Assembly (NCBI GenBank): GCA_964016885.1
Contig: OZ024745.1
Coordinates: forward strand, 4,836,001-4,900,000
Direction: 5' to 3'
Source of the DNA: Eledone cirrhosa
Lineage: Eukaryota
Length of the DNA stretch: 64,000 nucleotides
A model generated the notes under the pieces. The model did not search any database. It had not been told where the DNA came from and saw nothing but the letters and a program-made list of their open reading frames with translations. The translations under genes were made by a program, and so were the position numbers. Position 1 is the stretch's first letter, and every line of letters begins with the position of its first letter. This document shows positions 52,330-64,000 of this stretch, in pieces.

Positions 52330-55300
52330 TTCACTTTCAGACCTGATCCCACTGCACCAGACTGCACCTTGTGCAGCTGTCCTCTAGTTCAGACCTGACC
52401 CCACTACACCAGACTGCACCCTGTGCAGCTGTCTTCTAGTTCAGACCTGACCCCACTGCACCAGACTGCACCTTGTGCAGCTGTCTTCTAGTTCAGACCT
52501 GACCCCACTGCACCAGACTGCATCTTGTGCAGCTGTCTTCTACTTCAGACCTGATCCCACTGCACCAGACTGCACCTTGTGCAGCTGTCTTCTACTTCAG
52601 ACCTGATCCCACTGCACCAGACTGCACCTTGTGCAGCTGTCTTCTAGTTCAGACCTGATCCCACTGCACCAGACTGGACCTTGTGCAGCTGTCTTCTAGT
52701 TCAGACCTGATCCCACTGCACCAGACTGCACCTTGTGCAGCTGTCTTCTAGTTCAGACCTGATCCCACTGCACCAGACTGCACCTTGTGCAGCTGTCTTC
52801 TAGTTCAGACCTGATCCCACTGCACCAGACTGCACCTTGTGCAGCTGTCCTCTAGTTCAGACCTGATCCCACTGCACCAGACTGCACCCTGTGCAGCTGT
52901 CTTCTACTTCAGACCTGATCCCACTGCACCAGACTGCACCTTGTGCAGCTGTCTTCTAGTTCAGACCTGATCCCACTGCACCAGACTGCACCTTGTGCAG
53001 CTGTCTTCTAGTTCAGACCTGATCCCACTGCACCAGACTGCACCTTGTGCAGCTGTCTTCTAGTTCAGACCTGATCCCACTGCACCAGACTGCACCTTGT
53101 GCAGCTGTCTTCTACTTCAGACCTGATCCCACTGCACCAGACTGCACCCTGTGCAGCTGTCTTATAGTTCAGACCTGATCCCACTGCACCAGACTGCACC
53201 TTGTGAAGCTGTCTTCTAGTTCAGACCTGATCCCACTGCACCAGACTGCACCTTGTGCAGCTGTCTTCTAGTTCAGACCTGATGCCACTGCACCAGACTG
53301 CACCTTGTGCAGCTGTCTTCTAGTTCAGACCTGATCCCACTGCACCAGACTGCACCTTGTGCAGCTGTCTTCTAGTTCAGACCTGATCCCACTGCACCAG
53401 ACTGCACCTTGTGCAGCTGTCTTCTAGTTCAGACCTGATCCCACTACACCAGACTGCACCTTGTGCAGCTGTCTTCTAGTTCAGACCTGATCCCACTACA
53501 CCAGACTGCACCTTGTGCAGCTGTCTTCTAGTTCAGACCTGATCCCACTGCACCAGACTGCACCTTGTGCAGCTGTCTTCTAGTTCAGACCTGATCCCAC
53601 TACACCAGACTGCACCTTGTGCAGCTGTCTTCTACTTCAGACCTGATCCCACTGCACCAGACTGCACCTTGTGCAGCTGTCTTCTAGTTCAGACCTGATC
53701 CCACTGCACCAGACTGCACCTTGTGCAGCTGTCTTCTAGTTCAGACCTGATGCCACTGCACCAGACTGCACCTTGTGCAGCTGTCTTCTAGTTCAGACCT
53801 GATCCCACTGCACCAGACTGCACCTTGTGCAGCTGTCTTCTAGTTCAGACCTGACCCCACTGCACCAGACTGCACCTTGTGCAGCTGTCTTCTAGTTCAG
53901 ACCTGATCCCACTGCACCAGACTGCACCTTGTGCAGCTGTCTTCTAGTTCAGACCTGACCCCACTGCACCAGACTGCACCTTGTGCAGCTGTCTTCTAGT
54001 TCAGACCTGATCCCACTGCACCAGACTGCACCTTGTGCAGCTGTCTTCTACTTCAGACCTGACCCCACTACACCAGACTGCACCTTGTGCAGCTGTCCTC
54101 TAGTTCAGACCTGATCCCACTGCACCAGACTGCACCTTGTGCAGCTGTCTTCTAGTTCAGACCTGATCCCACTGCACCAGACTGCACCTTGTGCAGCTGT
54201 CCTCTAGTTCAGACCTGATCCCACTGCACCAGACTGCACCTTGTGCAGCTGTCTTCTAGTTCAGATCTGATCCCACTGCACCAGACTGCACCTTGTGCAG
54301 CTGTCTTCTACTTCAGACCTGACCCCACTGCACCAGACTGCACCTTGTGCAGCTGTCTTCTAGTTCAGACCTGATCCCACTGCACCAGACTGCACCTTGT
54401 GCAGCTGTCTTCTAGTTCAGACCTGATCCCACTGCACCAGACTGCATCTTGTGCAGCTGTCTTCTACTTCAGACCTGATCCCACTGCACCAGACTGCACC
54501 TTGTGCAGCTGTCCTCTAGTTCAGACCTGATCCCACTGCACCAGACTGCACCTTGTGCAGCTGTCTTCTACTTCAGACCTGACCCCACTGCACCAGACTG
54601 CACCTTGTGCTGCTGTCTTCTACTTCAGACCTGATCCCACTGCACCAGACTGCACCTTGTGCAGCTGTCTTCTAGTTCAGACCTGATCCCACTGCACCAG
54701 ACTGCACCTTGTGCAGCTGTCTTCTAGTTCAGACCTGACCCCACTGCACCAGACTGCACCTTGTGCAGCTGTCTTCTAGTTCAGACCTGATCCCACTGCA
54801 CCAGACTGCACCTTGTGCAGCTGTCTTCTACTTCAGACCTGATCCCACTGCACCAGACTGCACCTTGTGCAGCTGTCTTCTAGTTCAGACCTGACCCCAC
54901 TGCACCAGACTGCACCTTGTGCAGCTGTCTTCTACTTCAGACCTGATCCCACTGCACCAGACTGCACCTTGTGCAGCTGTCTTCTAGTTCAGACCTGACC
55001 CCACTGCACCAGACTGCACCTTGTGCAGCTGTCTTCTACTTCAGACCTGATCCCACTGCACCAGACTGCACCTTGTGCAGCTGTCTTCTAGTTCAGACCT
55101 GACCCCACTGCACCAGACTGCACCTTGTGCAGCTGTCTTCTACTTCAGACCTGATCCCACTGCACCAGACTGCACCTTGTGCAGCTGTCTTCTAGTTCAG
55201 ACCTGACCCCACTGCACCAGACTGCACCTTGTGCAGCTGTCTTCTACTTCAGACCTGATCCCACTGCACCAGACTGCACCTTGTGCAGCTGTCTTCTAGT

Positions 55301-56205
55301 TCAGACCTGATCCCACTGCACCAGACTGCACCTTGTGCAGCTGTCTTCTAGTTCAGACCTGACCCCACTGCACCAGACTGCACCTTGTGCAGCTGTCTTC
55401 TAGTTCAGACCTGATCCCACTGCACCAGACTGCACCTTGTGCAGCTGTCTTCTAGTTCAGACCTGATCCCACTGCACCAGACTGCACCTTGTGCAGCTGT
55501 CTTCTAGTTCAGACCTGATCCCACTGCACCAGACTGCACCTTGTGCAGCTGTCTTCTACTTCAGACCTGATCCCACTGCACCAGACTGCACCTTGTGCAG
55601 CTGTCTTCTACTTCAGACCTGATCCCACTGCACCAGACTGCACCTTGTGCAGCTGTCTTCTACTTCAGACCTGATCCCACTGCACCAGACTGCACCTTGT
55701 GCAGCTGTCTTCTAGTTCAGACCTGATCCCACTGCACCAGACTGCACCTTGTGCAGCTGTCTTCTAGTTCAGACCTGATCCCACTGCACCAGACTGCACC
55801 TTGTGCAGCTGTCTTCTAGTTCAGACCTGATCCCACTGCACCAGACTGCACCTTGTGCAGCTGTCTTCTAGTTCAGACCTGATCCCACTGCACCAGACTG
55901 CACCTTGTGCAGCTGTCTTCTAGTTCAGACCTGATCCCACTGCACCAGACTGCACCTTGTGCAGCTGTCTTCTAGTTCAGACCTGATCCCACTGCACCAG
56001 ACTGCACCTTGTGCAGCTGTCTTCTAGTTCAGACCTGATCCCACTGCACCAGACTGCACCTTGTGCAGCTGTCTTCTAGTTCAGATCTGATCCCACTGCA
56101 CCAGACTGTACCTTGTGCAGCTGTCTTCTAGTTCAGATCTGATCCCACTGCACCAGACTGTACCTTGTGCAGCTGTCTTCTACTTCAGATCTGATCCCAC
56201 TGCAC
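52330..56205. repeat. 52-bp satellite, ~74 highly homogeneous copies (TTCAGACCTGATCCCACTGCACCAGACTGCACCTTGTGCAGCTGTCTTCTAG)
   Basis: Period 52 (52388, 52440...). Confidence 0.98.
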
Positions 56206-56488
56206 TGTACATGTTGTAGGGTGTGTGACTTAATCCATCACCCAGTTTAACACTATCACTTGATTGTTCGGTGCCTTTAGTGGAGTCCATTCTCTTGTAA
56301 GCATTCAAGTCAGGTGTGAGGATAGCTATCTTTACCCCTCCCCCCATCAGTCATGGAGGCCTTGATGAGGGGGTCATGCGAGCTGTTTTTTCTCCCCTAA
56401 AGTCGTATATATTATCATCATACATTAACATAAATAATGAAAGCAAAAGATAGATTTTAATTTCACCCCTTCTATTATTATTTTTCAG

Positions 56489-56520
56489 ATAAACCAATCA
56501 CATCTAGAGTTGATATTCAA
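56489..56520 (+). CDS. CEP112: CEP112-like micro-exon G (32 bp): (D)KPITSRVDIQ
   Basis: Acceptor tttttcag, donor gtaagt, phase 1 to 0 fits both neighbours. Confidence 0.75.
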
Positions 56521-56636
56521 GTAAGTTCTTTGTATTTGATGAAATGTTGAATTTTATGTATCAGATCCTGCCGTTAGTTCATTCTTTCTCAGTTTGTTTC
56601 ATACATACTCTTTACTTTACAACATTATTTAGCTAC

Positions 56637-56824
56637 TGGTGAATTGGCAGTATCAGTAGAGGGTCGGACGCCATGCTTTCCAGCATAGTTACAGCCCTTT
56701 ACGGTCTGAGTTCAAATCCCGTCGAGGTTAACTTTGCCTTTCATCCTTATGAGGTCGATAAAATAAAGTACCAGTAATGTACTGGGTAATTGCTGGCCTT
56801 GTGCCAAAAGTAGAAACAATTATT
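56637..56824 (+). mobile_element. Apparently complete MetaSINE-like SINE
   Basis: tRNA-like head, gagttcaaatccc, core gcctttcatccttatgaggtcgataaaataaagtaccag. Confidence 0.85.
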
Positions 56825-56885
56825 TAGCTACTGTATATTGTTTCATACATACTCCTTACTTTACAATCAACATTACTTAACTACA

Positions 56886-57524
56886 GTATATACTTATATA
56901 TAACCTCAGAAATATGTACTAAGAAATAGGAGTCTTTATATTCAAGGTCAATATACTTATATATAACCTCAGAAATATGTACTAAGAAATAGGAGTCTTT
57001 ATATTCAAGGTCAATATACTTATATATAACCTCAGAAATATGTACTAAGAAATAGGAGTCTTTATATTCAAGGTCAATATACTTATATATAACCTCAGAA
57101 ATATGTACTAAGAAATAGGAGTCTTTATATTGAAGGTCAATATACTTATATATAACCTCAGAAATATGTACTAAGAAATAGGAGTCTTTATATTCAAGGT
57201 CAATATACTTATATATAACCTCAGAAATATGTACTAAGAAATAGGAGTCTTTATATTCAAGGTCAATATACTTATATATAACCTCAGAAATATGTACTAA
57301 GAAATAGGAGTCTTTATATTCAAGGTTAATATACTTATATATAACCTGAGAAATATGTGACTTAGAAATAGGAGTCTTTATATTCAAGGTTAATATACTT
57401 ATATATAACCTGAGAAATATGTGACTTAGAAATTGGAGTTTTTATATTCAAGGTTAATATACTTATATATAACCTGAGAAATATGTGACTTAGAAATAGG
57501 AGTCTTTATATTCAAGGTCAATAT
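56886..57524. repeat. 63-bp AT-rich minisatellite, ~10 copies
   Basis: 21-aa periodicity of ORF 56881-57387. Confidence 0.96.
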
Positions 57525-58304
57525 TTTGCTGACTTTTCCCTTTGGAGGTTAAATTTGTTTTTCTTATTGTTTTTTATGTGTTTTGAAAAAATATGGCTTT
57601 CAAAACTGTTGGAAATTATTCCTTTTTTAGGTAACTAGTGAGGGGTCATGCCCGTGTGAGATGGGTGATACAATAATCTACAGCTTTAATAAGTACAACA
57701 TTAAACGGTTTCCAAGGTTTTTCATTCGATGTGTATATAAAAACCTGTTACATTCCGGAAGCTAGTGTTGAATTGGCTGGAAGTAAACATTTTAGAAACT
57801 AATTCCAGATATTCTCTAATATTACAATTTTCAATGCCACAATTAAATTTAACGTGAGGAAAAGTGATGTAGATTTCTAATTTAGGCACAAGGCCAGCAC
57901 ATTTTGGGAAAGGTCAAAGTTGATCATGGCTGGATTTCAACTCAGAATGTAAAAAGCTGGAACAAATACCACATCATCATCATCATTTAACATCCACTTT
58001 CCCTGCTAGCAAGGGTTGGACAGGTCTATATAGACCAAGTCAGAACTGAAACGAAGGTTACTGACATTCCAGACAGGCAGAGGGTCTGAATCCTGCTTAT
58101 GTATAGTCATATGTTCCATAGAGTGCAGAGAAGTTGTGTCTTTTGACACAGTAGCACTTTATCCAACACTCTACCAATTCTTCTGACCCACTACACATTA
58201 GTGATGTAAAATATTGAGAATAAAAATAGAAATAGAATATTTTATAATTCTTTAATGTTTATATAATAATAACAACAATAATAATAATAATAATAATAAT
58301 AATA

Positions 58305-58677
58305 TAAAACATTTGAAAATTTGAGCAAGTATAAGGACCTAGAGATAGAAATTAGAAAAATGTGGAAATTGAGAACTAAAACAATACCAGTGGTTGTAGG
58401 CGCTCTAGCAATGATACCTAAGGGGTCTAATGATTACTTATCGCAAATCCCAGAAAACCCGCATATAGAAGAAATACAAAAGATAGTACTAATAGGAACT
58501 GCCCATATACTAAGGAAGATTCTGTCAATATAAGTACATCACAAGTCTAAACACATAAAGATGCATGTGTGTGTATGTATGTTCTTTCTTGAACATGGCG
58601 GACCTTGTTGTCTCTTGAGGTCACTGGTTGTGACTTGTTGATAATTCGTATGAACATAAAGCAAGATAAATGCAGCT

Positions 58678-58678
<1 letters not shown>
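58305..58678 (+). mobile_element. R4/Dong-clade non-LTR retrotransposon 3' fragment (restriction-like endonuclease C-terminus) inside (TAA)n
   Basis: SKYKDLEIEIRKMW...IPVVVGAL...IQKIVLIGTAHILRKIL; (TAA)n on both sides, the known Dong target. Confidence 0.85.
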
Positions 58679-58721
<43 letters not shown>

Positions 58722-58747
58722 TTGTTGATTGTTTTACTTTGTGATAG

Positions 58748-58817
58748 GGAGGAGCAACTGTACATTGGAACAGCACAATGGATTCCAGATCCTCACCAAC
58801 TGTTACATCAAATAAAA
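58748..58817 (+). CDS. CEP112: CEP112-like exon H: GGATVHWNSTMDSRSSPTVTSNK
   Basis: Acceptor ttttactttgtgatag, donor gtaaga, phase 0 to 1 open. Confidence 0.68.
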
Positions 58818-58865
58818 GTAAGAGAACTTGTTATTGTTTTGAAAGTAACAACAATTTGTGACTTT

Positions 58866-59135
58866 AAGCTGGCAATTTGGAAGAGTTGTTAGAATGTTTT
58901 CTAGTTTTTCTTCCAACTCTGCTCTCTGAACACAAATCCTGCCGAGGTCAACTTTACCTGTCATTCATTCGAGGTTGATAAAAAAAAGTACCAGTCAAGT
59001 ACTGGGGTCAATTCTTCCTCTATATCTCTTTCTCACTTCCATTCTCTCACTCTCTCTCTCTATCCTTCTCTGGAAGAAATCAGCTGTAGTCAGACCTGGA
59101 GATGGGTTCCACCAGGTTTTAAAATGCCCCAGAAG
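58866..59135 (+). mobile_element. Composite MetaSINE-like element with extra 3' module
   Basis: Module ctctggaag...ccaggttt(t)aaaatgccc also follows SINE cores at 22564-22635 and, on the minus strand, at 38595-38670. Confidence 0.65.
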
Positions 59136-59287
59136 CAACATATGTAAATACAGCATCCCTATAACTCTCCCTCAACTTATGGGACCATCTATCCAGTTTG
59201 TATTCTTTGACAGCATACTGTTAAAATAGTCACTATGACAGTTGGTCCTCATAATCATTGGTGACCCCAACAACTGGACTTTAGTGG

Positions 59288-59536
59288 ATGTGACATTTCA
59301 CTGTAGCTGGTGACATATCACTGTAACTAGAGACATGTCACTGTAGCTGGTGACATGTCACCAGCTAGAATGGATGTGACATGTCACCAGCTACAGTGAC
59401 ATGTCACCAGCTACAGTGGATGTGACATGTCACCAGCTACAGTGGCTGTGACATGTCACCAGCTAGAGTGGTTGTGACATGTCACCAGCTACAGCAGATG
59501 TGACATGTCACCAGCTACAGTGAATGTCACCAGCTA
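59288..59536. repeat. Short array built on the palindrome GTGACATGTCAC, with an orientation switch
   Basis: tgtagctggtgacat units on the left, atgtcaccagctaca units on the right. Confidence 0.85.
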
Positions 59537-59630
59537 TTTGGTTTATCTTCGTACATTCTACGTAGTATCAAGTCTTCTCAGGTTAAGTGTAGACTTATAG
59601 AGAAAACAAAAATATTTGTTGTTGTGGTGT

Positions 59631-62600
59631 TGGGAGAGACAATAGTGATGACAGTAACCATCACCATCAAGATTATATTGATGGGAGAGACAATAGTGAT
59701 GACAGTAACCATCACCATCACCATCAGGATTATATTGATGGGAGAAACAATAGTGATGACAGTAACCATCACCATCAGCATTATATTGATGGGAGAGACA
59801 ATAGTGATGACAGTAACCATCACCATCAGGATTATATTGATGGGACAGACAATAGTGATGACGGTAACCATCACCATCAGGATTATATTGATAGGAGAGA
59901 CAATAGTGATGACAGTAACCATCACCATCAGCATTATATTGATGGGAGAGACAATAGTGATGACAGTAACCTTCACCATCACCATCAAGATTATATTGAT
60001 GGGAGACAATAGTGATGACAGTAACCATCACCATCACTATCAGGATTATATTGATGGGAGAAACAATAGTGATGACAGTAACCATCACCATCAACATCAA
60101 GATTATATTGATGGGAGAGACAATAGTGATGACAGTAACCATCACCATCAAGATTATATTGATGGCAGAGACAATAGTGATGACAGTAACCATCACCATC
60201 ACCATCAAGATTATATTGATGGGAGAGACAATAGTGATGACAGTAACCATCACCATCAAGATTATATTGATGGGAGAGACAATAGTGATGACAGTAACCA
60301 TCACCATCAGGATTATATTGATGGGAGAGACAATAGTGATGACAGTAACCATCACCATCAAGATTATATTGATGGGAGAGACAATAGTGATGACAGTAAC
60401 CATCACCATCAAGATTATATTGATAGGAGAGACAATTGTGATGACAGTAACCATCACCATCACCATCAGCATTATATTGATGGGAGAGACAATAGTGATG
60501 ACAGTAACCATCACCATCAGCATTATATTGATGAGAGAGACAATAGTGATGACAGTAACCATCACCATCAAGATTATATTGATGGGAGAGACAATAGTGA
60601 TGACAGTAACCATCACCATCACCATCAAGATTATATTGATAGGAGAGACAATTGTGATGACAGTAACCATCACCATCACCATCAGCATTATATTGATGGG
60701 AGAGACAATTGTGATGACAGTAACCATCACCATCACCATCAAGATTATATTGATGGGAGAGACAATATTGATGACAGTAACGATCACCATCCCCATCAGC
60801 ATTATATTGATGGGAGAAACAATAGTGATGATAGTAACCATCACCATCAGCATTATATTGATGGGAGAGACAATAGTGATGACAGTAACCATCACCATCA
60901 GGATTATATTGATGGGAGAGAGAATAGTGATGACAGTAACCATCACCATCACCATCAAGATTATATTGATGGGAGAGACAATAGTGATGACAGTAACCAT
61001 CACCATCAAGATTATATTGATAGGAGAGACAATTGTGATGACAGTAACCATCACCATCACCATCAAGATTATATTGATGGGAGAGACAATTGTGATGACA
61101 GTAACCATCACCATCACCATCAAGATTATATTGATGGGAGAGACAATATTGATGACAGTAACCATCACCATCCCCATCAGCATTATATTGATGGGAGAAA
61201 CAATAGTGATGATAGTAACCATCACCATCAGCATTATATTGATGGGAGAGACAATAGTGATGACAGTAACCATCACCATCAGGATTATATTGATGGGAGA
61301 GACAATAGTGATGACAGTAACCATCACCATCAAGATTATATTGATGGGAAAGACAATAGAGATGACAGTAACCATCACCATCACTATCAAGATTATATTG
61401 ATGGGAGAGACAATAGTGATGACAGTAACCATCACCATCACTATCAGGATTATATTGATGGGAGAAACAATAGTGATGACAGTAACCATCACCATCAATA
61501 TTATATTGATGGGAGAAACAATAGTGATGACAGTAACCATCACCATCAAGATTATATTGATGGGAGAGACAATAGTGATGACAGTAACCATCACCATCAC
61601 CATCAAGATTATATTGATGGGAGAGACAATAGTGATGACAGTAACCATAACCATCACCATCAGGATTATATTGATGGGAGAAACAATAGTGATGACAGTA
61701 ACCATCACCATCAGGATTATATTGATGGGAGAGACAATAGTGATGACAGTAACTATCACCATCACCATCAAGATTATATTGATGGGAGAGACAATAGTGA
61801 TGACAGTAACCATCACCATCAGGATTATATTGATGGGAGAGACAATAGTGATGACAGAAAGCATCACCATCGCCATCAAGATTATATTGATGGGAGAGAC
61901 AATAGTGATGACAGTAAACATAACCATCACCATCAAGATTATATTGATGGGAGAGACAATAGTGATGACAGTAACCATCACCATCACCATCAAGATTATA
62001 TTGATGGGAGAGACAATAGTGATGACAGTAACCATCACCATCAGCATTATATTGATGAGAGAGACAATAGTGATGACAGTAAACATCACCATCACCATCA
62101 AGATTATATTGATGGTAGAGACAATAGTGATGACAGTAACCATCACCATCAGGATTATATTGATGGGAGAGACAATAGTGATGACAGAAACCATCGCCAT
62201 CAAGATTATATTGATGGGAGAGACAATAGTGATGACAGTAAACATAACCATCACCATCAAGATTATATTGATGGGAGAGACAATAGTGATGACAGTAACC
62301 ATCACCATCAGGATTATATTGATGGGAGAGACAATAGTGATGACAGTAACCATCACCATCAGGATTGTATTGATGGGAGAGACAATAGTGATGACAGTAA
62401 CCATCACCATCAAGATTATATTGATGGGAGAGACAATAGTGATGACAGTAACCATCACCATCAAGATTATATTGTTGGGAGAGACAATAGTGATGACAGT
62501 AACCATCACCATCAAGATTATATTGATGGGAGAGACAATAGTGATGACAGTAACCATCACCATCAAGATTATATTGATGGGAGAGACAATATTGATGACA

Positions 62601-64000
62601 GTAACCATCACCATCAAGATTATATTGATGGGAGAGACAATAGTGATGACAGTAACCATCACCATCAGCATTATATTGATGGGAGAAAGAATAGTGATGA
62701 CAGTAACCATCACCATCACCATCAGCATTATATTGATGGGAAAGACAATAGTGATGACAGTAACCATCACCATCATCATCAGGATTATATTGATGGGAGA
62801 GAGAATAGTGATGACAGTAACCATCACCATCAAGATTATATTGATGGGAGAGACAATAGTGATGACAGTAACCATCATCATCAAGATTATATTGATGGGA
62901 GAGACAATAGTGATGACAGTAACCATCACCATCACTATCAAGATTATATTGATGGGAGAGACAATAGTGATGACAGTAACCATCACCATCAGGATTATAT
63001 TGATGGGAGAAACAATAGTGATGACAGTAACCATCATCATCACCATCAAGATTATATTGATGGGAGAAACAATAGTGATGACAGTAACCATCACCATCAA
63101 GATTATATTAATGGGAGAGACAATAGTGATGACAGTAACCATCACCATCACCATAGGGATTATATTGATGGGAGAGACAATAGTGATGACAGTAACCATA
63201 ACCATCAAGATTATATTGATGGGAGAGACAATAGTGATGACAGTAACCATCACCATCAAGATTATATTGATGGGAGAGACAATAGTGATGACAGTAACCA
63301 TCACCATCATTATATTGATGGGAGAGACAATAATGATGACAGTAACCATCACCATCAGGATTATATTGATGGGAGAGACAATAGTGATGACAGAAACCAT
63401 CACCATCGCCATCAAGATTATATTGATGGGAGAGACAATAGTGATGACAGTAACCATCACCATCAGCATTATATTGATGGGAGAGACAATAGTGATGACA
63501 GTAACCATCACCATCAAGATTATATTGATGGGAGAGACAATAGTGATGACAGTAACCATCACTATCAAGATTATGTTGATGGGAGAGACAATAGTGATGA
63601 CAGTAACCATCACCATCAAGATTATATTGATGGGAGAGACAATAGTGATGACAGTAACCATCACCATCAGCATTATATTGATGGGAGAGACAATAGTGAT
63701 GACAGTAACCATCACCATCAAGATTATATTGATGGGAGAGACAATAGTGATGACAGTAACCATCACGATCACCATCAAGATTATATTGATGGGAGAGACA
63801 ATTGTGATGACAGTAACCATCACCATCAAGATTATATTGATGGGAGAGACAATAGTGATGACAGTAACCATCACCATCAGGATTATATTGATGGGAGAGA
63901 CAATAGTGATGACAGTAACCATCACCATCAAGATTATATTGATGGCAGAGACAATAGTGATGACAGTAACCATCACCATCACCATCAAGATTATATTGAT
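59631..64000. repeat. 51/57-bp satellite (GGGAGAGACAATAGTGATGACAGTAAC(CATCAC)nCATCAAGATTATATTGAT); runs off the window end
   Basis: Continuous tandem array with 6-bp indels. Confidence 0.98.

Noticed and set aside
49912-56824. tRNA genes at the A/B-box-containing heads (e.g. ~50020-50102, ~56637-56720)
   Set aside because: No complete cloverleaf seen; the heads continue into SINE core and tail
56881-57387. 168-aa ORF with 21-aa repeats
   Set aside because: Translation of a 63-bp minisatellite, antisense to the host gene, with no splice or start context
59558-63988. 1476-aa hydrophobic repeat protein
   Set aside because: Antisense reading of a 51-bp satellite; composition implausible for a real protein

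Overview
Eukaryotic, AT-rich, repeat-dominated animal DNA. The SINE/LINE families resemble coleoid cephalopod (Octopus-type) repeats; this is inferred from remembered consensus sequences, not a search. The window appears to lie inside one + strand protein-coding gene. Eight small exons (626 bp in total, 15336-58817) have canonical AG/GT sites and matching phases, and splice into a CEP112-like N-terminal region (DUF4485-type motif RNRNSYMKLMFQML...EEPF, then PDWVTDEL and TGEFRIRPYSWS). The introns contain a >15 kb 28/30/32-bp satellite, 44/64/52/63/51-bp minisatellites and long CA/TA/GTGAT microsatellites. They also hold RTE-clade LINEs (one near full length), an R4/Dong fragment, Penelope-like relics, a DD37D maT transposase relic, a mariner-type MITE and many tRNA-derived SINEs. 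The most notable observations are: (1) a ~250-bp fold-back carrying a complete minimal hammerhead ribozyme on each strand; (2) a short LINE-tail retroposon whose 5' hairpin occurs as two loop isomers (flip/flop); (3) a C4HC3 PHD finger inserted inside an RTE reverse transcriptase; (4) several tandem arrays apparently seeded from short pieces of SINE/LINE sequence. Nearly all long ORFs in the supplied track are repeat artefacts.
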